The notes: generated from the letters alone by a model not told the origin. Shown: positions 8,204-18,263, counted from the stretch's first letter. The stretch is DNA of 64,000 nt from Verrucomicrobia bacterium GWF2_51_19 (GCA_001831095.1 MIDP01000005.1:30514-94513), one strand, 5' to 3'. Numbers and translations are program-made.

Positions 8204-8332
8204 AAAGACCTGTGAAAAATGGCGTCAAAGCTTGGCTTTGCGCGAGCACGATCTGCCGTAGCGTACATGCGGTACGTAAGGCAGTCGCGCGGAGCGAAAA
8301 ACGAACTTTCACGGCATTTTGCATAGGTCTTT
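8204..8332 (+). repeat. Type-A element, full length (129 bp)
   Basis: AAAGACCTGTGAAAAATGGCGTCAAAGCTTGGCTTTGCGCGAGCACGATCTGCCGTAGCGTACATGCGGTACGTAAGGCAGTCGCGCGGAGCGAAAAACGAACTTTCACGGCATTTTGCATAGGTCTTT. Abuts the rplE stop. Confidence 0.9.
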
Positions 8333-8875
8333 TTAGTTTTTGCGGAAGGGCATTCCCATGAGTTCCAACAGCGCAAAGCCATCTTCGTTGGTCTTTGCCG
8401 TTGTGACAATCGTGATGTCCATTCCAATGTTTTTGCGGTTTCCATCGACCTGAATTTCTGGAAAAATGCTGTGATCCGAAATGCCGATGCTGTAATTGCC
8501 GTGGCCATCCAGCTTGGAAGACACGCCGCGAAAGTCGCGAATGGCTGGCAATGCGACCGCGAGGAGCCTCAACAGGAAGTTGTACATAGCATTGCCGCGC
8601 AACGTCACTTTGACGCCGTTTGGCATACCTTGTCTCAACTTAAAGTTGGAAATGCTCTTGCTGGCCTTGGTAATAATCGGCTTTTGACCCGTAATGGCCG
8701 TAAGTTCTTTTTCGATTTCGGCAATGCGATTTTTCTCATCGGACGCCGCGATACCGGTGTTGAGGACGATCTTTTCAATCGCCGGGACTTCGTGGATATT
8801 GCTGTAGCCACGCGTCTTTCTCAATTCTGGCACGACGACCTCTAAATAATGTTTTTTGAGCTCAGGCAATTTCAT
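8333..8875 (-). CDS. rplE: 50S ribosomal protein L5
   Basis: 180 aa. L5 N- and C-domain motifs (VPAIEKIVLNTG..., GNYSIGISDHSIFPEI). Confidence 0.95.
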   Translation of the reverse strand: MKLPELKKHYLEVVVPELRKTRGYSNIHEVPAIEKIVLNTGIAASDEKNRIAEIEKELTAITGQKPIITKASKSISNFKLRQGMPNGVKVTLRGNAMYNFLLRLLAVALPAIRDFRGVSSKLDGHGNYSIGISDHSIFPEIQVDGNRKNIGMDITIVTTAKTNEDGFALLELMGMPFRKN

Positions 8876-9129
8876 GACTTCGCCTTTCTAGCCTTGCGAG
8901 CTTCGAATGTCTCGGCGCGCATGACGTTGGAATAATGGATAGAGCCCTCGCGCGTTTCCATGCCTCCTTCGGGATTCTTTTCGGACTTGCGAACACATTT
9001 TTTGACCATGGCCACACCTTCGACAACCACGCGATTCTTCTTGGAGAGCAACTCCAACACCTTTCCGCGCTTGCCCTTGTGTGAACCAGCGATCACGACA
9101 ACTTCGTCACCTCTTTTTAAAGATTTCAT
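8872..9129 (-). CDS. rplX: 50S ribosomal protein L24
   Basis: 85 aa. [21 protein letters not shown] is the KOW motif. 4-nt overlap with rplE. Confidence 0.9.
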   Translation of the reverse strand: MKSLKRGDEVVVIAGSHKGKRGKVLELLSKKNRVVVEGVAMVKKCVRKSEKNPEGGMETREGSIHYSNVMRAETFEARKARKAKS

Positions 9130-9491
9130 ATGACCTCCGGAGCGAGTGAAACGATTTTCATAAAATTCTTGTCGCGCAATTCACGGGCGACAGGACCGAA
9201 TATACGAGTACCTTTGGGTTCTTGACCCGTGCCCAAAAGAACACAGGCATTGGTGTCAAACCGCAGATAACTGCCATCTTTACGACGAATGGGGTACTTG
9301 GTCCGCACAATGACGGCACGGACGACCGTTCCCTTCTTGACAGACGCATCGGGCGTGCTCTCTTGAACGGAACCGACGATGATGTCACCGACGAAGGCCG
9401 TACGCTTGCGTTGGCCGATACGACGAATCATCAGGAGGCTCTTAGCTCCAGTGTTGTCGGCGATTAATAATACGCTTTCTTGCTGTAACAT
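9126..9491 (-). CDS. rplN: 50S ribosomal protein L14
   Basis: 121 aa. [17 protein letters not shown]...[23 protein letters not shown]. Confidence 0.95.
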   Translation of the reverse strand: MLQQESVLLIADNTGAKSLLMIRRIGQRKRTAFVGDIIVGSVQESTPDASVKKGTVVRAVIVRTKYPIRRKDGSYLRFDTNACVLLGTGQEPKGTRIFGPVARELRDKNFMKIVSLAPEVI

Positions 9492-9497
9492 GTTCTC

Positions 9498-9620
9498 AAA
9501 CCGTTTTAAAATGTCCTCTAGCGGCGTTCTCGTCGTTCGGGCTAGGTCAACGTACCGTCAGTACGCTCCTGTCGCCCTCGCTCCTCGGGCCTGGCTATAG
9601 AACCATTTTTCAACGGTCTT
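9498..9620 (+). repeat. Type-B element, full length (123 bp)
   Basis: AAACCGTTTTAAAATGTCCTCTAGCGGCGTTCTCGTCGTTCGGGCTAGGTCAACGTACCGTCAGTACGCTCCTGTCGCCCTCGCTCCTCGGGCCTGGCTATAGAACCATTTTTCAACGGTCTT. Lies 6 nt from the rplN ATG. Confidence 0.9.
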
Positions 9621-9653
9621 ACCTTTCTTGTTAAATATGAATCATTGATACAT

Positions 9654-9700
9654 AAAGACCTTGGCAAAACGAGCTTTCAGGTCATTTTGCATAGGTCGTT
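9654..9700 (+). repeat. Type-A micro form (47 bp)
   Basis: AAAGACCTTGGCAAAACGAGCTTTCAGGTCATTTTGCATAGGTCGTT. Termini plus right arm only. Lies 2 nt from the rpsQ stop. Confidence 0.7.
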
Positions 9701-9702
9701 CT

Positions 9703-9963
9703 TTATATTTCCTGTGCGGCTTCCACCACTTTCGTCACACGCCAGCGCTTCATTTTACTGAGCGGACGCATTTCCATGATTTCTACCTTGTCGCCGACTT
9801 TGCACTCGTTGTTTTCATCGTGCACGTGGACAACGGTCTTGCGCTTGATCTCCTTCTGGTACAAGGGATGCGGGATCTTGTAGTCGTAGACCACCTTGAT
9901 CGTCTTATCCCCGGAACGGCTCGAAACGAGACCCACGAGTGTTTTTCGTTGCTTTCTTTCCAT
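9703..9963 (-). CDS. rpsQ: 30S ribosomal protein S17
   Basis: 86 aa. GLVSSRSGDKTIKVVYDYKIPHPLYQKEIKRKTVVHVHDENN. Confidence 0.95.
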   Translation of the reverse strand: MERKQRKTLVGLVSSRSGDKTIKVVYDYKIPHPLYQKEIKRKTVVHVHDENNECKVGDKVEIMEMRPLSKMKRWRVTKVVEAAQEI

Positions 9964-10178
9964 TATGATACGCTCCCTTCAGTGACATGGGCGCGTTTTT
10001 TCTGTAACAGAATGGTTTCCATCCGCGCGATGTCACGACGTTGCTCTCGGATCGAGGAAGACTTTTCAATGGTCGCCGCACCCTTTTTCAGTTGAATACT
10101 CAAAAGGGCAGAACGAGTGTCTGAGAGTTTCTTCTCTATCTCCTGGAGAGACATTTCTCGAATTTCTTTTGCTGTCAT
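9963..10178 (-). CDS. rpmC: 50S ribosomal protein L29
   Basis: 71 aa. MTAKEIREMSLQEIEKKLSDTRSALLSIQLKK. Confidence 0.9.
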   Translation of the reverse strand: MTAKEIREMSLQEIEKKLSDTRSALLSIQLKKGAATIEKSSSIREQRRDIARMETILLQKKRAHVTEGSVS

Positions 10179-10187
10179 TGTAAACTC

Positions 10188-10616
10188 CTAATATTGTTCT
10201 TGTTCTTCTCGTGAAACAAACCGGCAACGGAACGGCAGTTTTCTGTCCGCTAAACGCATCGCTTCGCGCACAGTGCCACTGGGTGCACCCGAGACTTCGA
10301 AGAGAATGTTGCCTGGACGAACCGATACAGCCCAAAACTCGACGGGTCCTTTTCCTTTACCCATACGCGTTTCAGCGGGCTTTTTCGTGACAGGCTTTTG
10401 AGGAAATACGCGCATCCAGACCCTTCCCTTACGTTTTAAGTGACGGGTAATTGCAACACGGGCCGCCTCTAATTGCGACGCCGTCATGCTAGCACGTTCC
10501 AATGCCTGAATAGCAAAATCACCGAAAGCCAAAGTGTTGCCGCTCGTTGCATTACCGCGGTTGCGACCCTTATGGACTTTTCTGTATTTTGTTTTTGCTG
10601 GAAGTATATTGGCCAT
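10188..10616 (-). CDS. rplP: 50S ribosomal protein L16
   Basis: 142 aa. PAKTKYRKVHKGRNRGNA...RMGKGKGPVEFWAVSVRPGNILFE. Confidence 0.95.
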   Translation of the reverse strand: MANILPAKTKYRKVHKGRNRGNATSGNTLAFGDFAIQALERASMTASQLEAARVAITRHLKRKGRVWMRVFPQKPVTKKPAETRMGKGKGPVEFWAVSVRPGNILFEVSGAPSGTVREAMRLADRKLPFRCRFVSREEQEQY

Positions 10617-10629
10617 TTTTTAGATCCTT

Positions 10630-11265
10630 TTAAAATTGTACATCTTCTGGCTTTTTACAGAGCCAGCATTTAACTCCAATCACACCGTAAACGGTCCGCG
10701 CTTCCGCAAAGCCATAATCGATGTTTTCGCGCAAGGTGTGGAGCGGCACGCGGCCCGAACGTTGCTTTTCTGTACGGGCAATTTCGGCGCCACCAAGGCG
10801 GCCGGAACACTGCAAGCGAATGCCCTCGGCACCCAAGCTCATCGAAGACTGTACGGCCTTCTTCATGGCTCTACGAAACGAGATACGGCGTTCGAGCTGC
10901 AGGGCAATACTCTCGGCTACCAATTGAGCAACCAAGTCGGGCTTTTTGACCTCTTGAATGTCGATCAGAACATCGCGGTTAATCAGCTTTTGGACTTCGT
11001 CCTTCAGCTTATCTAACTCTTGACCCTTTCTGCCGATGACCACTCCTGGACGCGCCGTAAACACTGTCACGCGGACACGGTTGCCAGCACGCTCGATGTT
11101 TACTTGTGGAACAGACGCATAACGGAGCTTTTCAGCCAAGAATCGGCGAATCAACGCATCCTCGGCGACCCATTGAGCGTATTCCTTCTTCTGCGCATAC
11201 CAGCGAGACTTCCAATTGCGGCGTACGGCCAAACGAAAACCTATTGGATTGACTTTTTGTCCCAT
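10630..11265 (-). CDS. rpsC: 30S ribosomal protein S3
   Basis: 211 aa. MGQKVNPIGFRLAVRRNWKSRWYA... plus KH domain. Confidence 0.95.
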   Translation of the reverse strand: MGQKVNPIGFRLAVRRNWKSRWYAQKKEYAQWVAEDALIRRFLAEKLRYASVPQVNIERAGNRVRVTVFTARPGVVIGRKGQELDKLKDEVQKLINRDVLIDIQEVKKPDLVAQLVAESIALQLERRISFRRAMKKAVQSSMSLGAEGIRLQCSGRLGGAEIARTEKQRSGRVPLHTLRENIDYGFAEARTVYGVIGVKCWLCKKPEDVQF

Positions 11266-11277
11266 AATTTTTCCTGC

Positions 11278-11607
11278 CTAATTTGAGAGTACGATTCGGA
11301 TATGACTCGTCCGCTTTCTGTACGGATGAGCAGAACCACGTGATGCGGGACGAAACCGACGAAACATAGGCCCTTCTTCAACGAAGGCTTTTACGATCGT
11401 CAACTCTTCGGCCGACAAGTTTGCGTTATTTTCCGCATTGGCCATGGCACTTTTGAGTGTTTTCATAATCAAACGGGCCGACTTGCGCGGAATAAATCGT
11501 AAGACATCGAGTGCTGCTTGCGCCTTTTTACCTTGAATCTGTCGAGTCACTTCTCGGACCTTCTTTGGCGACATGTGCACATATTTGGTTAAAGCTTGTA
11601 CTTCCAT
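11278..11607 (-). CDS. rplV: 50S ribosomal protein L22
   Basis: 109 aa. VHMSPKKVREVTRQIQGK...SRGSAHPYRKRTSHIRIVL. Confidence 0.95.
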   Translation of the reverse strand: MEVQALTKYVHMSPKKVREVTRQIQGKKAQAALDVLRFIPRKSARLIMKTLKSAMANAENNANLSAEELTIVKAFVEEGPMFRRFRPASRGSAHPYRKRTSHIRIVLSN

Positions 11608-11615
11608 AAAAATCC

Positions 11616-11885
11616 TTACTTTTGTGTATGAGGGTTATGCACTTTGAAGTTACGCGTCAATGCAAATTCACCTAATTTGTGTCCAACCATGTTTTCTGTA
11701 ACATAGACGGGAAGGTGTGCCTTGCCATTATGCACCAGAAAATTCAGGCCAACAAACTCCGGTGTAATCGTCGAACGACGTGACCATGTCTTGATTGGCT
11801 TGTGCGAGCCCTCTTTTTGAGCCGCTTCAACCTTTTCCATCAGTTTTGGATCTACGAAAAATCCTTTTTTCAGTGAGCGTGCCAT
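11616..11885 (-). CDS. rpsS: 30S ribosomal protein S19
   Basis: 89 aa. [19 protein letters not shown]...[25 protein letters not shown]. Confidence 0.95.
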   Translation of the reverse strand: MARSLKKGFFVDPKLMEKVEAAQKEGSHKPIKTWSRRSTITPEFVGLNFLVHNGKAHLPVYVTENMVGHKLGEFALTRNFKVHNPHTQK

Positions 11886-11888
11886 AGT

Positions 11889-12725
11889 TTACCTCCTTAC
11901 CTTTCTTCCATTGCGACGTACGAGAATCATCGAGTTAGACGGCTTTGAACGCGTACGCGTCGGCAAGCCCTTAGCGAGTTGGCCCCATGGGGATACGGGG
12001 TGCGCACCGCCATTGGTACGACCGCCCTGAGGGTGATCGACTGGGTTCATTGCGATACCGCGAACGCGTGGACGACGGCCCAACCAACGATTGCGGCCAG
12101 CCTTGCCCAAGCTTTGGCTGGAGTGTTCGGAATTCCCGACCTCCCCTACCGTCGCGCGGCAATTGGCGTTCAGCAAGCGAATTTCTCCGCTCGGCATCTT
12201 GACCGTTGCCATCTTACCTTCGACGGCCACCAAAATCGCCGCCGTACCTGCCCCTCTCGCAATCTGAGCGCCGCGGCCGGCATTCATCTCAATAGCGTGA
12301 ATGTCCGTGGCTGGCGGAATCAGTTTTAAGGGCAACGCGATACCTGGTGTGTAATCCTCAACGGGATTGTTGGTGCTGATCACCGTGTCGCCAACATTGA
12401 GTCCGCGTGGCGCCAAAATGTAGCGTTTTTCACCGTCGACGTAGACGAGCAGGGCCAAGTTAGCCGAGCGATTGGGATCGTACTCAATCGCCGTGACCTT
12501 TGCAGGCAGCTCATACTTGTCGCGGCGAAAATCGATCTCGCGATAGAGACGTTTGTGGCCTCCTCCGCGACGACGCGAAGTGATGCGACCATAACAGTTG
12601 CGTCCCTTGCTCCGATGCACCGACTTTACGAGCCTCGACTCAGGTTCTTTTTTGGACACCTCACTTTTATTCAGCTGCAGAAAGCGCTGAGACGGTGTCT
12701 TGGGATTGTATTGTTTTATTGCCAT
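11889..12725 (-). CDS. rplB: 50S ribosomal protein L2
   Basis: ORF 11889..12845 trimmed to M41 (MAIKQYNPKTPSQRF...), the canonical L2 start. The upstream 40 codons are read-through of a type-C repeat. Confidence 0.93.
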   Translation of the reverse strand: MAIKQYNPKTPSQRFLQLNKSEVSKKEPESRLVKSVHRSKGRNCYGRITSRRRGGGHKRLYREIDFRRDKYELPAKVTAIEYDPNRSANLALLVYVDGEKRYILAPRGLNVGDTVISTNNPVEDYTPGIALPLKLIPPATDIHAIEMNAGRGAQIARGAGTAAILVAVEGKMATVKMPSGEIRLLNANCRATVGEVGNSEHSSQSLGKAGRNRWLGRRPRVRGIAMNPVDHPQGGRTNGGAHPVSPWGQLAKGLPTRTRSKPSNSMILVRRNGRKVRR

Positions 12726-12738
12726 AACTGTGTGCAAT

Positions 12739-12861
12739 CCTGAATCAAAATAGCGCCAAAATGTGTTTTTCGCTCCGCCGCCTGGCTCACGTACTTCTAT
12801 GTACGCTACGCCAGGTCGTGCTCGCGCAAAGCCCCATTTTTGCATCTATTTTGTCTTCAGG
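12739..12861 (-). repeat. Type-C element (123 bp)
   Basis: CCTGAATCAAAATAGCGCCAAAATGTGTTTTTCGCTCCGCCGCCTGGCTCACGTACTTCTATGTACGCTACGCCAGGTCGTGCTCGCGCAAAGCCCCATTTTTGCATCTATTTTGTCTTCAGG. The core is A-like, but the stem is CTGGC/GCCAG instead of CTGCC/GGCAG. Confidence 0.85.
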
Positions 12862-12896
12862 ATAGCGTTCTATTTTTCACTTTTCGGCTGTTTTTA

Positions 12897-12949
12897 AAAC
12901 CATTGTAAAATGACTGCGACATTCTCGCTGTTCATTTTTTAACGATCTT
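12897..12949 (+). repeat. Type-B mini derivative (53 bp)
   Basis: AAACCATTGTAAAATGACTGCGACATTCTCGCTGTTCATTTTTTAACGATCTT. Termini plus a stub of the left arm. Confidence 0.6.
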
Positions 12950-12973
12950 TTTTTGTGTAAGTTATTAGTTTAT

Positions 12974-13097
12974 AAAGAACTATGGAAAATGCGCCTATAG
13001 CCAGGCCCGAGGAGTAAGGGCGACAGGAGCGTACGTTGGTACGTGACTTAGCCCGAACGACGAGAACGCCGCTAGAGGACATTTTACATAGTTCTTT
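12974..13097 (-). repeat. Type-B element, full length, inverted orientation
   Basis: AAAGAACTATGGAAAATGCGCCTATAGCCAGGCCCGAGGAGTAAGGGCGACAGGAGCGTACGTTGGTACGTGACTTAGCCCGAACGACGAGAACGCCGCTAGAGGACATTTTACATAGTTCTTT. The terminal TTA is the rplW stop. Confidence 0.9.
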
Positions 13098-13386
13098 ATA
13101 CGATTTCGATTTTGTCTCCGGACTTAAGCGTAACAATCGCGAACTTGCGGTTCACGCGTCTATCAAGCTTTCCACGGGCTGTACGACTGCGTTTGCGTTT
13201 TCCTGCTCTATTGAGAATGTTAACCCCCTCAACGGTGACATTGAATTTCTTTGCCACCGCATGGCTCACTTCCAAACGGTTCGCTGAAGGGTAGACTTCA
13301 AACACGTATTGATTGGAATTGGCAGACAAGAGGCCCGCTTTTTCCGTCACACGCGTTGCTTTTAAAACTTTTTCCAGTGCTAACAT
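13096..13386 (-). CDS. rplW: 50S ribosomal protein L23
   Basis: ORF 13096..13476 trimmed to M31 (MLALEKVLKATRVTEKA...), which has AGGAG 7 nt upstream and does not overlap rplD. 96 aa. Confidence 0.9.
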   Translation of the reverse strand: MLALEKVLKATRVTEKAGLLSANSNQYVFEVYPSANRLEVSHAVAKKFNVTVEGVNILNRAGKRKRSRTARGKLDRRVNRKFAIVTLKSGDKIEIV

Positions 13387-13397
13387 ATCGGTTTCTC

Positions 13398-14021
13398 CTA
13401 CAATTGGGCACGAGTTAAGACGCGTTCGAGTGCATTTTCGCTCATGATGATCGCGTCGTAGCGGATGAGATCCCACGGGTTCAACGAATCGGCATCGATC
13501 ATGTAGAGACGCTCGATGTTGCGGCCCGCCAATACAACCGTGTCGTCAAACTGTTGATCGACGAGTAAGACCTTTCCCTTGTCAGCAAGACGGCCCAAAA
13601 TGTCATTGAACAGACGTGTCTTGCCCTCGGAAATGGCAAATTTTTCGATCAGCGCCAGCTCATTCGCCTGACAGCACTCAAAGAGCGCGCGGCGTAGGGC
13701 GAGTGTCTTGACCTTGCGGTTCATTTTTTGCGTGTAGTCGCGTGGCTTAGGACCAAACACGATACCTCCTCCGCGCCAAAGGGGGCTGCGCTTTTCACCG
13801 TGACGTGCACGGCCCGTGCCCTTTTGACGCCATGGCTTAACACCTGAACCTTTGACGTCTCCGCGATCTTTTGTGCAGGCATTGCCCTGACGCAGATTGC
13901 TCTGGTAGGCGAGAATGACATCCCTCAAGGCCTGGACACCCTTGTCGTCTGTGTAGACGGGAATCCGTACCTCTTTTTCCTGACTCTGTTTAGCGTCCGA
14001 TGTAAATATTTTTAATTTCAT
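13398..14021 (-). CDS. rplD: 50S ribosomal protein L4
   Basis: 207 aa. KPWRQKGTGRARHGEKRSPLWRGGGIVFGPKPRDY. Confidence 0.95.
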   Translation of the reverse strand: MKLKIFTSDAKQSQEKEVRIPVYTDDKGVQALRDVILAYQSNLRQGNACTKDRGDVKGSGVKPWRQKGTGRARHGEKRSPLWRGGGIVFGPKPRDYTQKMNRKVKTLALRRALFECCQANELALIEKFAISEGKTRLFNDILGRLADKGKVLLVDQQFDDTVVLAGRNIERLYMIDADSLNPWDLIRYDAIIMSENALERVLTRAQL

Positions 14022-14037
14022 AGTCTCGGTCTTTCCT

Positions 14038-14688
14038 TTATGCGGTTACCTTCGCCTTTTTTGCATTGCGAACCATGACCAAGCTGCCCTTGTTGCCCGG
14101 AATGCTGCCCTCGACGAGAATAATGTGCTTGTCTTCAAGCACCTTGACTACAGGCAGGTTCTGAACGGTCACCTGGTTCGTTCCCATGTGACCAGGCATC
14201 GGACGATTCTTGATGACGTGACCGGGCCATTGACGGCAACCGAACGATCCACCGCGACGGTGAAACATCGATCCGTGAGAGGCGGGTCCTCCAGAAAAGT
14301 TATGACGTTTCACAACACCTTGGAAGCCACGACCTTTCGTCGCACCAACGACGTCAACCAGCTGACCTTCGGCAAACGACGCAACTGTCAGCTTGTCACC
14401 CAGCTTGTAAGCCGAGGTGTCTTCAACCTGAAATTCCATCAATTCGGCATAGGCCGGGACGTTCGCCTTTTTCAAGTGACCCAGCTCGCCCTTCGACAGC
14501 CGGCTCTCTTTTTGTTCGCGATAGCCCACTTGGACGGCATTGTAGCCCTCCTTTTCTTTCGTCTTTATCTGAGTCACACACGACGGCGTCAACTCAATAA
14601 CCGTAACCGGAACCAGACGATTGGCCTTGTCGTAGACCTGCGTCATTCCGATCTTCTTTCCCAGCAGTCCTAGTTGTTTTTCTTTCAT
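14038..14688 (-). CDS. rplC: 50S ribosomal protein L3
   Basis: 216 aa. LGKKIGMTQVYD...GATKGRGFQGVVKRHNFSGGPASHGS. Confidence 0.95.
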   Translation of the reverse strand: MKEKQLGLLGKKIGMTQVYDKANRLVPVTVIELTPSCVTQIKTKEKEGYNAVQVGYREQKESRLSKGELGHLKKANVPAYAELMEFQVEDTSAYKLGDKLTVASFAEGQLVDVVGATKGRGFQGVVKRHNFSGGPASHGSMFHRRGGSFGCRQWPGHVIKNRPMPGHMGTNQVTVQNLPVVKVLEDKHIILVEGSIPGNKGSLVMVRNAKKAKVTA

Positions 14689-14712
14689 AATCTAAGCGGC
14701 AGATGCCGAACG

Positions 14713-14744
14713 TTGCGCAAAGGCCTATAGCGGCGTTTTCGCGG
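14713..14744 (+). repeat. Possible type-B left-arm remnant
   Basis: TTGCGCAAAGGCCTATAGCGGCGTTTTCGCGG resembles TTGCAAAATGGCCTCTAGCGGCGTTCTCGTCG. No right half is present. Confidence 0.4.
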
Positions 14745-14844
14745 CATTCAGCGTTCTATGTTGTTTTTCTGCATTAGCTGCTGCGCGCAACGCGCAGCGA
14801 ATGTAAAAAGTGGTTTAAAGGGGCACACTTGCATGGCCCCGTTC

Positions 14845-14919
14845 AAAGACCTATCAAAAATGTCGTCAAAGCTTGGCTTTGCGCGAAACGAGCTTTCACG
14901 GTATTTTTCATAGGTCTTT
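14845..14919 (+). repeat. Type-A short form (75 bp, central hairpin deleted)
   Basis: AAAGACCTATCAAAAATGTCGTCAAAGCTTGGCTTTGCGCGA|AACGAGCTTTCACGGTATTTTTCATAGGTCTTTT. Abuts the rpsJ stop. Confidence 0.85.
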
Positions 14920-15233
14920 TATGTATTAATGGTAATATCGATCCCAGCCGGAAGGTTCAACTTCTTGAGCTCGTCGACGGTTTGTGATGTAGGCTCCTGG
15001 ATAATGAGAAACCGGGAGTGTGTACGGAGCTCGAACTGTTCCATGGACTTCTTATTGACGTGCGGGGAACGGTTGACAGTGAATTTCTCGATATCTACAG
15101 GCAAAGGGATGGGACCGGAGACGCGGGCGCCAGAGCGTTTAGCGGTCTCGACGATCTCTTTAGCGGACTGATCGACGACGCGGTAGTCATAGCCCTTGAG
15201 TTTGATACGAATCTTTGGAGTGGTAGTAGCCAT
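14919..15233 (-). CDS. rpsJ: 30S ribosomal protein S10
   Basis: 104 aa. [39 protein letters not shown]. Confidence 0.95.
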   Translation of the reverse strand: MATTTPKIRIKLKGYDYRVVDQSAKEIVETAKRSGARVSGPIPLPVDIEKFTVNRSPHVNKKSMEQFELRTHSRFLIIQEPTSQTVDELKKLNLPAGIDITINT

Positions 15234-15251
15234 ATGGATCTTTCTTTAAAA

Positions 15252-17396
15252 TTAGGTACGAGCGGGTGCCCTGGATGATGTTTCGACGATCTTTTGGGCG
15301 ATGCTAGATGGGACGTCACTGAAGCATTCTGGCTCCATGACGTAGGAAGCGCGGCCCTTGCTGAGCGAGCGGACGTCGGTGGCGTATCCGAACATGTTTT
15401 CGAGGGGGACGTGCGCGGTGATATTGACGATCGGGCCCTTGGTTTCCATGCCTTGAATCTGGCCGCGGCGGCGGTTGAGGTCGCCCATGACGTCGCCCTG
15501 GTACATCTCTGGCGTCGCAACCTCCACTTTCATGATAGGTTCGAGCAAGAGTGGTGAGGCTTTCTTCATGGCGTCCTTAAATGCAAAGATACCTGCCATC
15601 TTAAATGCCATTTCAGACGAGTCAACTTCGTGGAAACTGCCGTCGACGATACGCGCGATAAAGTCAACCACGGGGTATCCGGCGACGGTACCGTTGCGGG
15701 CGCCCTCAGTGATACCTTCTTCGATCGGCTTGATGTATTCGCGTGGGACGACACCGCCAACGATCTCGTTGACAATTTCGATGCCCTTGCCTTTTTCGTT
15801 CGGCTCGAGCTTGATAATCGCGTGACCGTACTGACCGCGACCACCGGACTGGCGGATAAACTTGCCTTCGCCGTCGGCGGGCTGGCGGATCGTCTCGCGG
15901 TAAGCGATTTGCGGACGTCCGGCATCGGCCTCGACTTTAAATTCGCGGAACAAACGGTCGCGAATGATTTCGAGGTGCAATTCACCCATACCGGCGATGA
16001 TCGTCTGCCCGGTGTCCTGATTCGACGTTACGCAGAAAGTGGGATCTTCTTCGGCCAAGCGCTGCAAGGCCAGGGAGAGTTTTTCCTGATCGGCCTTGGT
16101 CTTGGGCTCGATCGACATGCTGATAACGGGCTCTGGGAACGTCGGTGGCTCCAGGCGAAAATCGAGTTCGCGAGCACATAAAGTGTCGCCCGTAATGACG
16201 TTTCTAGCACCGATGATCGCGCAGATGTCGCCAGAATAGGCCACATCAATATCAATGCGGTCGTTGGCCTTCATGAGCATGAGGCGGCTGATTCGCTCGG
16301 TCTTGCGCGTGCGTGGGTTGTAGAGGACATCACCCTTTCTCAACGTGCCGGCGTACATTCTAAAGAAAATGAGCTTTCCGACAAATGGGTCCGTGGCCAA
16401 CTTGAAGGCCAAGCCGCACGGGAGGGCACTGTCGTCGGGAGAAACGCCGACGATTTCACCGTCATCCTTGTGGGCCGGCATGGGAGGCAGGTCGAGCGGC
16501 GATGGCAAATAGTTGACAACGCTGTCTAGCAACATTTGCACGCCCTTGTTTTTAAACGCGCTACCGGGAATGACGCCCAAAAACTGCATTGAGAGGGTCG
16601 CTTTACGAATCGCGTGACGCAATTCCTCAATCGTGACGGACACGCCGTCCAAAAACTTTTCAGCCAAGTTGTCGTCGAAGTCGGCAAGTGCCTCTATGAG
16701 AGAATTGCGGTATTCTTTGGTCTGGGCAGCATATTCCGCTGGAATGGCTACTTCGTGGAAGTCCATACCCTTCGGATCGGTTTCGTCGTATATGTAGGCG
16801 ACTTCTTTAACGAGGTCGACGAGGCCCTTAAATTTATCTTCCGCTCCGATGTTGAGGTAGAGCGGGTGAGCATTGCCACCGAGCTTATGGCGGATATCGT
16901 GGACGGCGCCCAAAAAGTCAGCCCCGGTGCGGTCCATCTTGTTGACGAACGCCAACCTCGGCACGTGGTACTTGTCCATCTGGCGCCAAACGGTCTCTGA
17001 TTGCGGTTGAACACCGGCAACGGCGCAAAATACGCCTACGGCGCCATCGAGGACGCGCAGAGAACGCTCCACTTCAGCTGTAAAATCGACGTGACCAGGA
17101 GTGTCGATGATGTTGACGCGTTGCTCGATACCCTTAAACGGGCCCTCTTTTGTCGTCCAACTGCATGAAATCGCCGCTGACGTAATGGTGATGCCGCGCT
17201 CGCGCTCCTGCTCCATCCAGTCGGTCACTGTAGCTCCGTCGTGGACTTCGCCCATCTTGTGAACGACACCCGTGTAAAATAAGATACGCTCGGTGGTCGT
17301 TGTTTTACCGGCGTCGATGTGCGCCGCGATACCGATGTTACGCGTATACTCGAGGGGATTTTTGCGATCCTTGGAATTTTTCGTCGATAGGGCCAT
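15252..17396 (-). CDS. fusA: Elongation factor G
   Basis: 714 aa. [20 protein letters not shown] (G1), DTPGHVDF (G3), NKMD (G4). Confidence 0.95.
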   Translation of the reverse strand: MALSTKNSKDRKNPLEYTRNIGIAAHIDAGKTTTTERILFYTGVVHKMGEVHDGATVTDWMEQERERGITITSAAISCSWTTKEGPFKGIEQRVNIIDTPGHVDFTAEVERSLRVLDGAVGVFCAVAGVQPQSETVWRQMDKYHVPRLAFVNKMDRTGADFLGAVHDIRHKLGGNAHPLYLNIGAEDKFKGLVDLVKEVAYIYDETDPKGMDFHEVAIPAEYAAQTKEYRNSLIEALADFDDNLAEKFLDGVSVTIEELRHAIRKATLSMQFLGVIPGSAFKNKGVQMLLDSVVNYLPSPLDLPPMPAHKDDGEIVGVSPDDSALPCGLAFKLATDPFVGKLIFFRMYAGTLRKGDVLYNPRTRKTERISRLMLMKANDRIDIDVAYSGDICAIIGARNVITGDTLCARELDFRLEPPTFPEPVISMSIEPKTKADQEKLSLALQRLAEEDPTFCVTSNQDTGQTIIAGMGELHLEIIRDRLFREFKVEADAGRPQIAYRETIRQPADGEGKFIRQSGGRGQYGHAIIKLEPNEKGKGIEIVNEIVGGVVPREYIKPIEEGITEGARNGTVAGYPVVDFIARIVDGSFHEVDSSEMAFKMAGIFAFKDAMKKASPLLLEPIMKVEVATPEMYQGDVMGDLNRRRGQIQGMETKGPIVNITAHVPLENMFGYATDVRSLSKGRASYVMEPECFSDVPSSIAQKIVETSSRAPART

Positions 17397-17399
17397 AAT

Positions 17400-17873
17400 T
17401 TACCACCTCAAATGCGCAAACGCGCGGTTCGCTTGAGCCATACGGTGCATTTCATCCTTCTTGCGAACGACGTTACCCGTGTTATTGTAGGCATCCACGA
17501 TCTCCTGAGCCAATGCCTCGCTCATGGGAACACCTTTGCGCGAATCCGCTGCACCGATCATCCAACGAAATGCCAAGCTGATCTGACGCTCGTAAGCAAT
17601 TTCCATCGGCACCTGATAAGTCGCACCACCGACGCGGCGGCTCTTGACTTCCAATTTCGGCCGGACGTTTTCGAGTGCACCCAATAAGAGATCGACGAGG
17701 TCGCCCTTCCCGATCTGCTCGCTCACGCGCTCAATGGCGGTGTAAACAATATTTTGCGAGATCGTCTTCTTGCCATCTTTCATGACAACATTGATCAACT
17801 GCCCCACAAGCTTACTTCCATAACGTGGATCGGCGGCAATTTCGCGTTTTTCGGCTCTTCTACGACGTGACAT
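17400..17873 (-). CDS. rpsG: 30S ribosomal protein S7
   Basis: 157 aa. MSRRRRAEKREIAADPRYGS...RKKDEMHRMAQANRAFAHLRW. Confidence 0.95.
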   Translation of the reverse strand: MSRRRRAEKREIAADPRYGSKLVGQLINVVMKDGKKTISQNIVYTAIERVSEQIGKGDLVDLLLGALENVRPKLEVKSRRVGGATYQVPMEIAYERQISLAFRWMIGAADSRKGVPMSEALAQEIVDAYNNTGNVVRKKDEMHRMAQANRAFAHLRW

Positions 17874-17882
17874 AATAATTCC

Positions 17883-18263
17883 TTACTTCTTTGCTTTCGG
17901 CATTTTGACGCCATATTTGGAACGACTGCGACGGCGCTTTTCGACGCCCTGTGAGTCCAACGTTCCGCGGACAATGTGATAACGCACACCGGGAAGGTCT
18001 TTGACGCGACCACCACGGACGAGGACCACACTGTGCTCTTGCAAGTTGTGGCCTTCATCGGGGATGTAGGCAATGACTTCGTAACCGGTTGTCAAACGGA
18101 CCTTAGCTACCTTGCGGATAGCGGAGTTTGGTTTCTTGGGGGTACGCGTGGTCACTTGGACGCACACGCCGCGACGGAAAGGACACGACTTCAAAGCCGG
18201 TGATTTCGACTTTGTGACGACCTTCTTTCTTGGATTTTTTACTAATTGATTGATTGTTGGCAT
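17883..18263 (-). CDS. rpsL: 30S ribosomal protein S12
   Basis: 126 aa. [14 protein letters not shown]...[18 protein letters not shown]...[13 protein letters not shown]. Confidence 0.95.
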   Translation of the reverse strand: MPTINQLVKNPRKKVVTKSKSPALKSCPFRRGVCVQVTTRTPKKPNSAIRKVAKVRLTTGYEVIAYIPDEGHNLQEHSVVLVRGGRVKDLPGVRYHIVRGTLDSQGVEKRRRSRSKYGVKMPKAKK

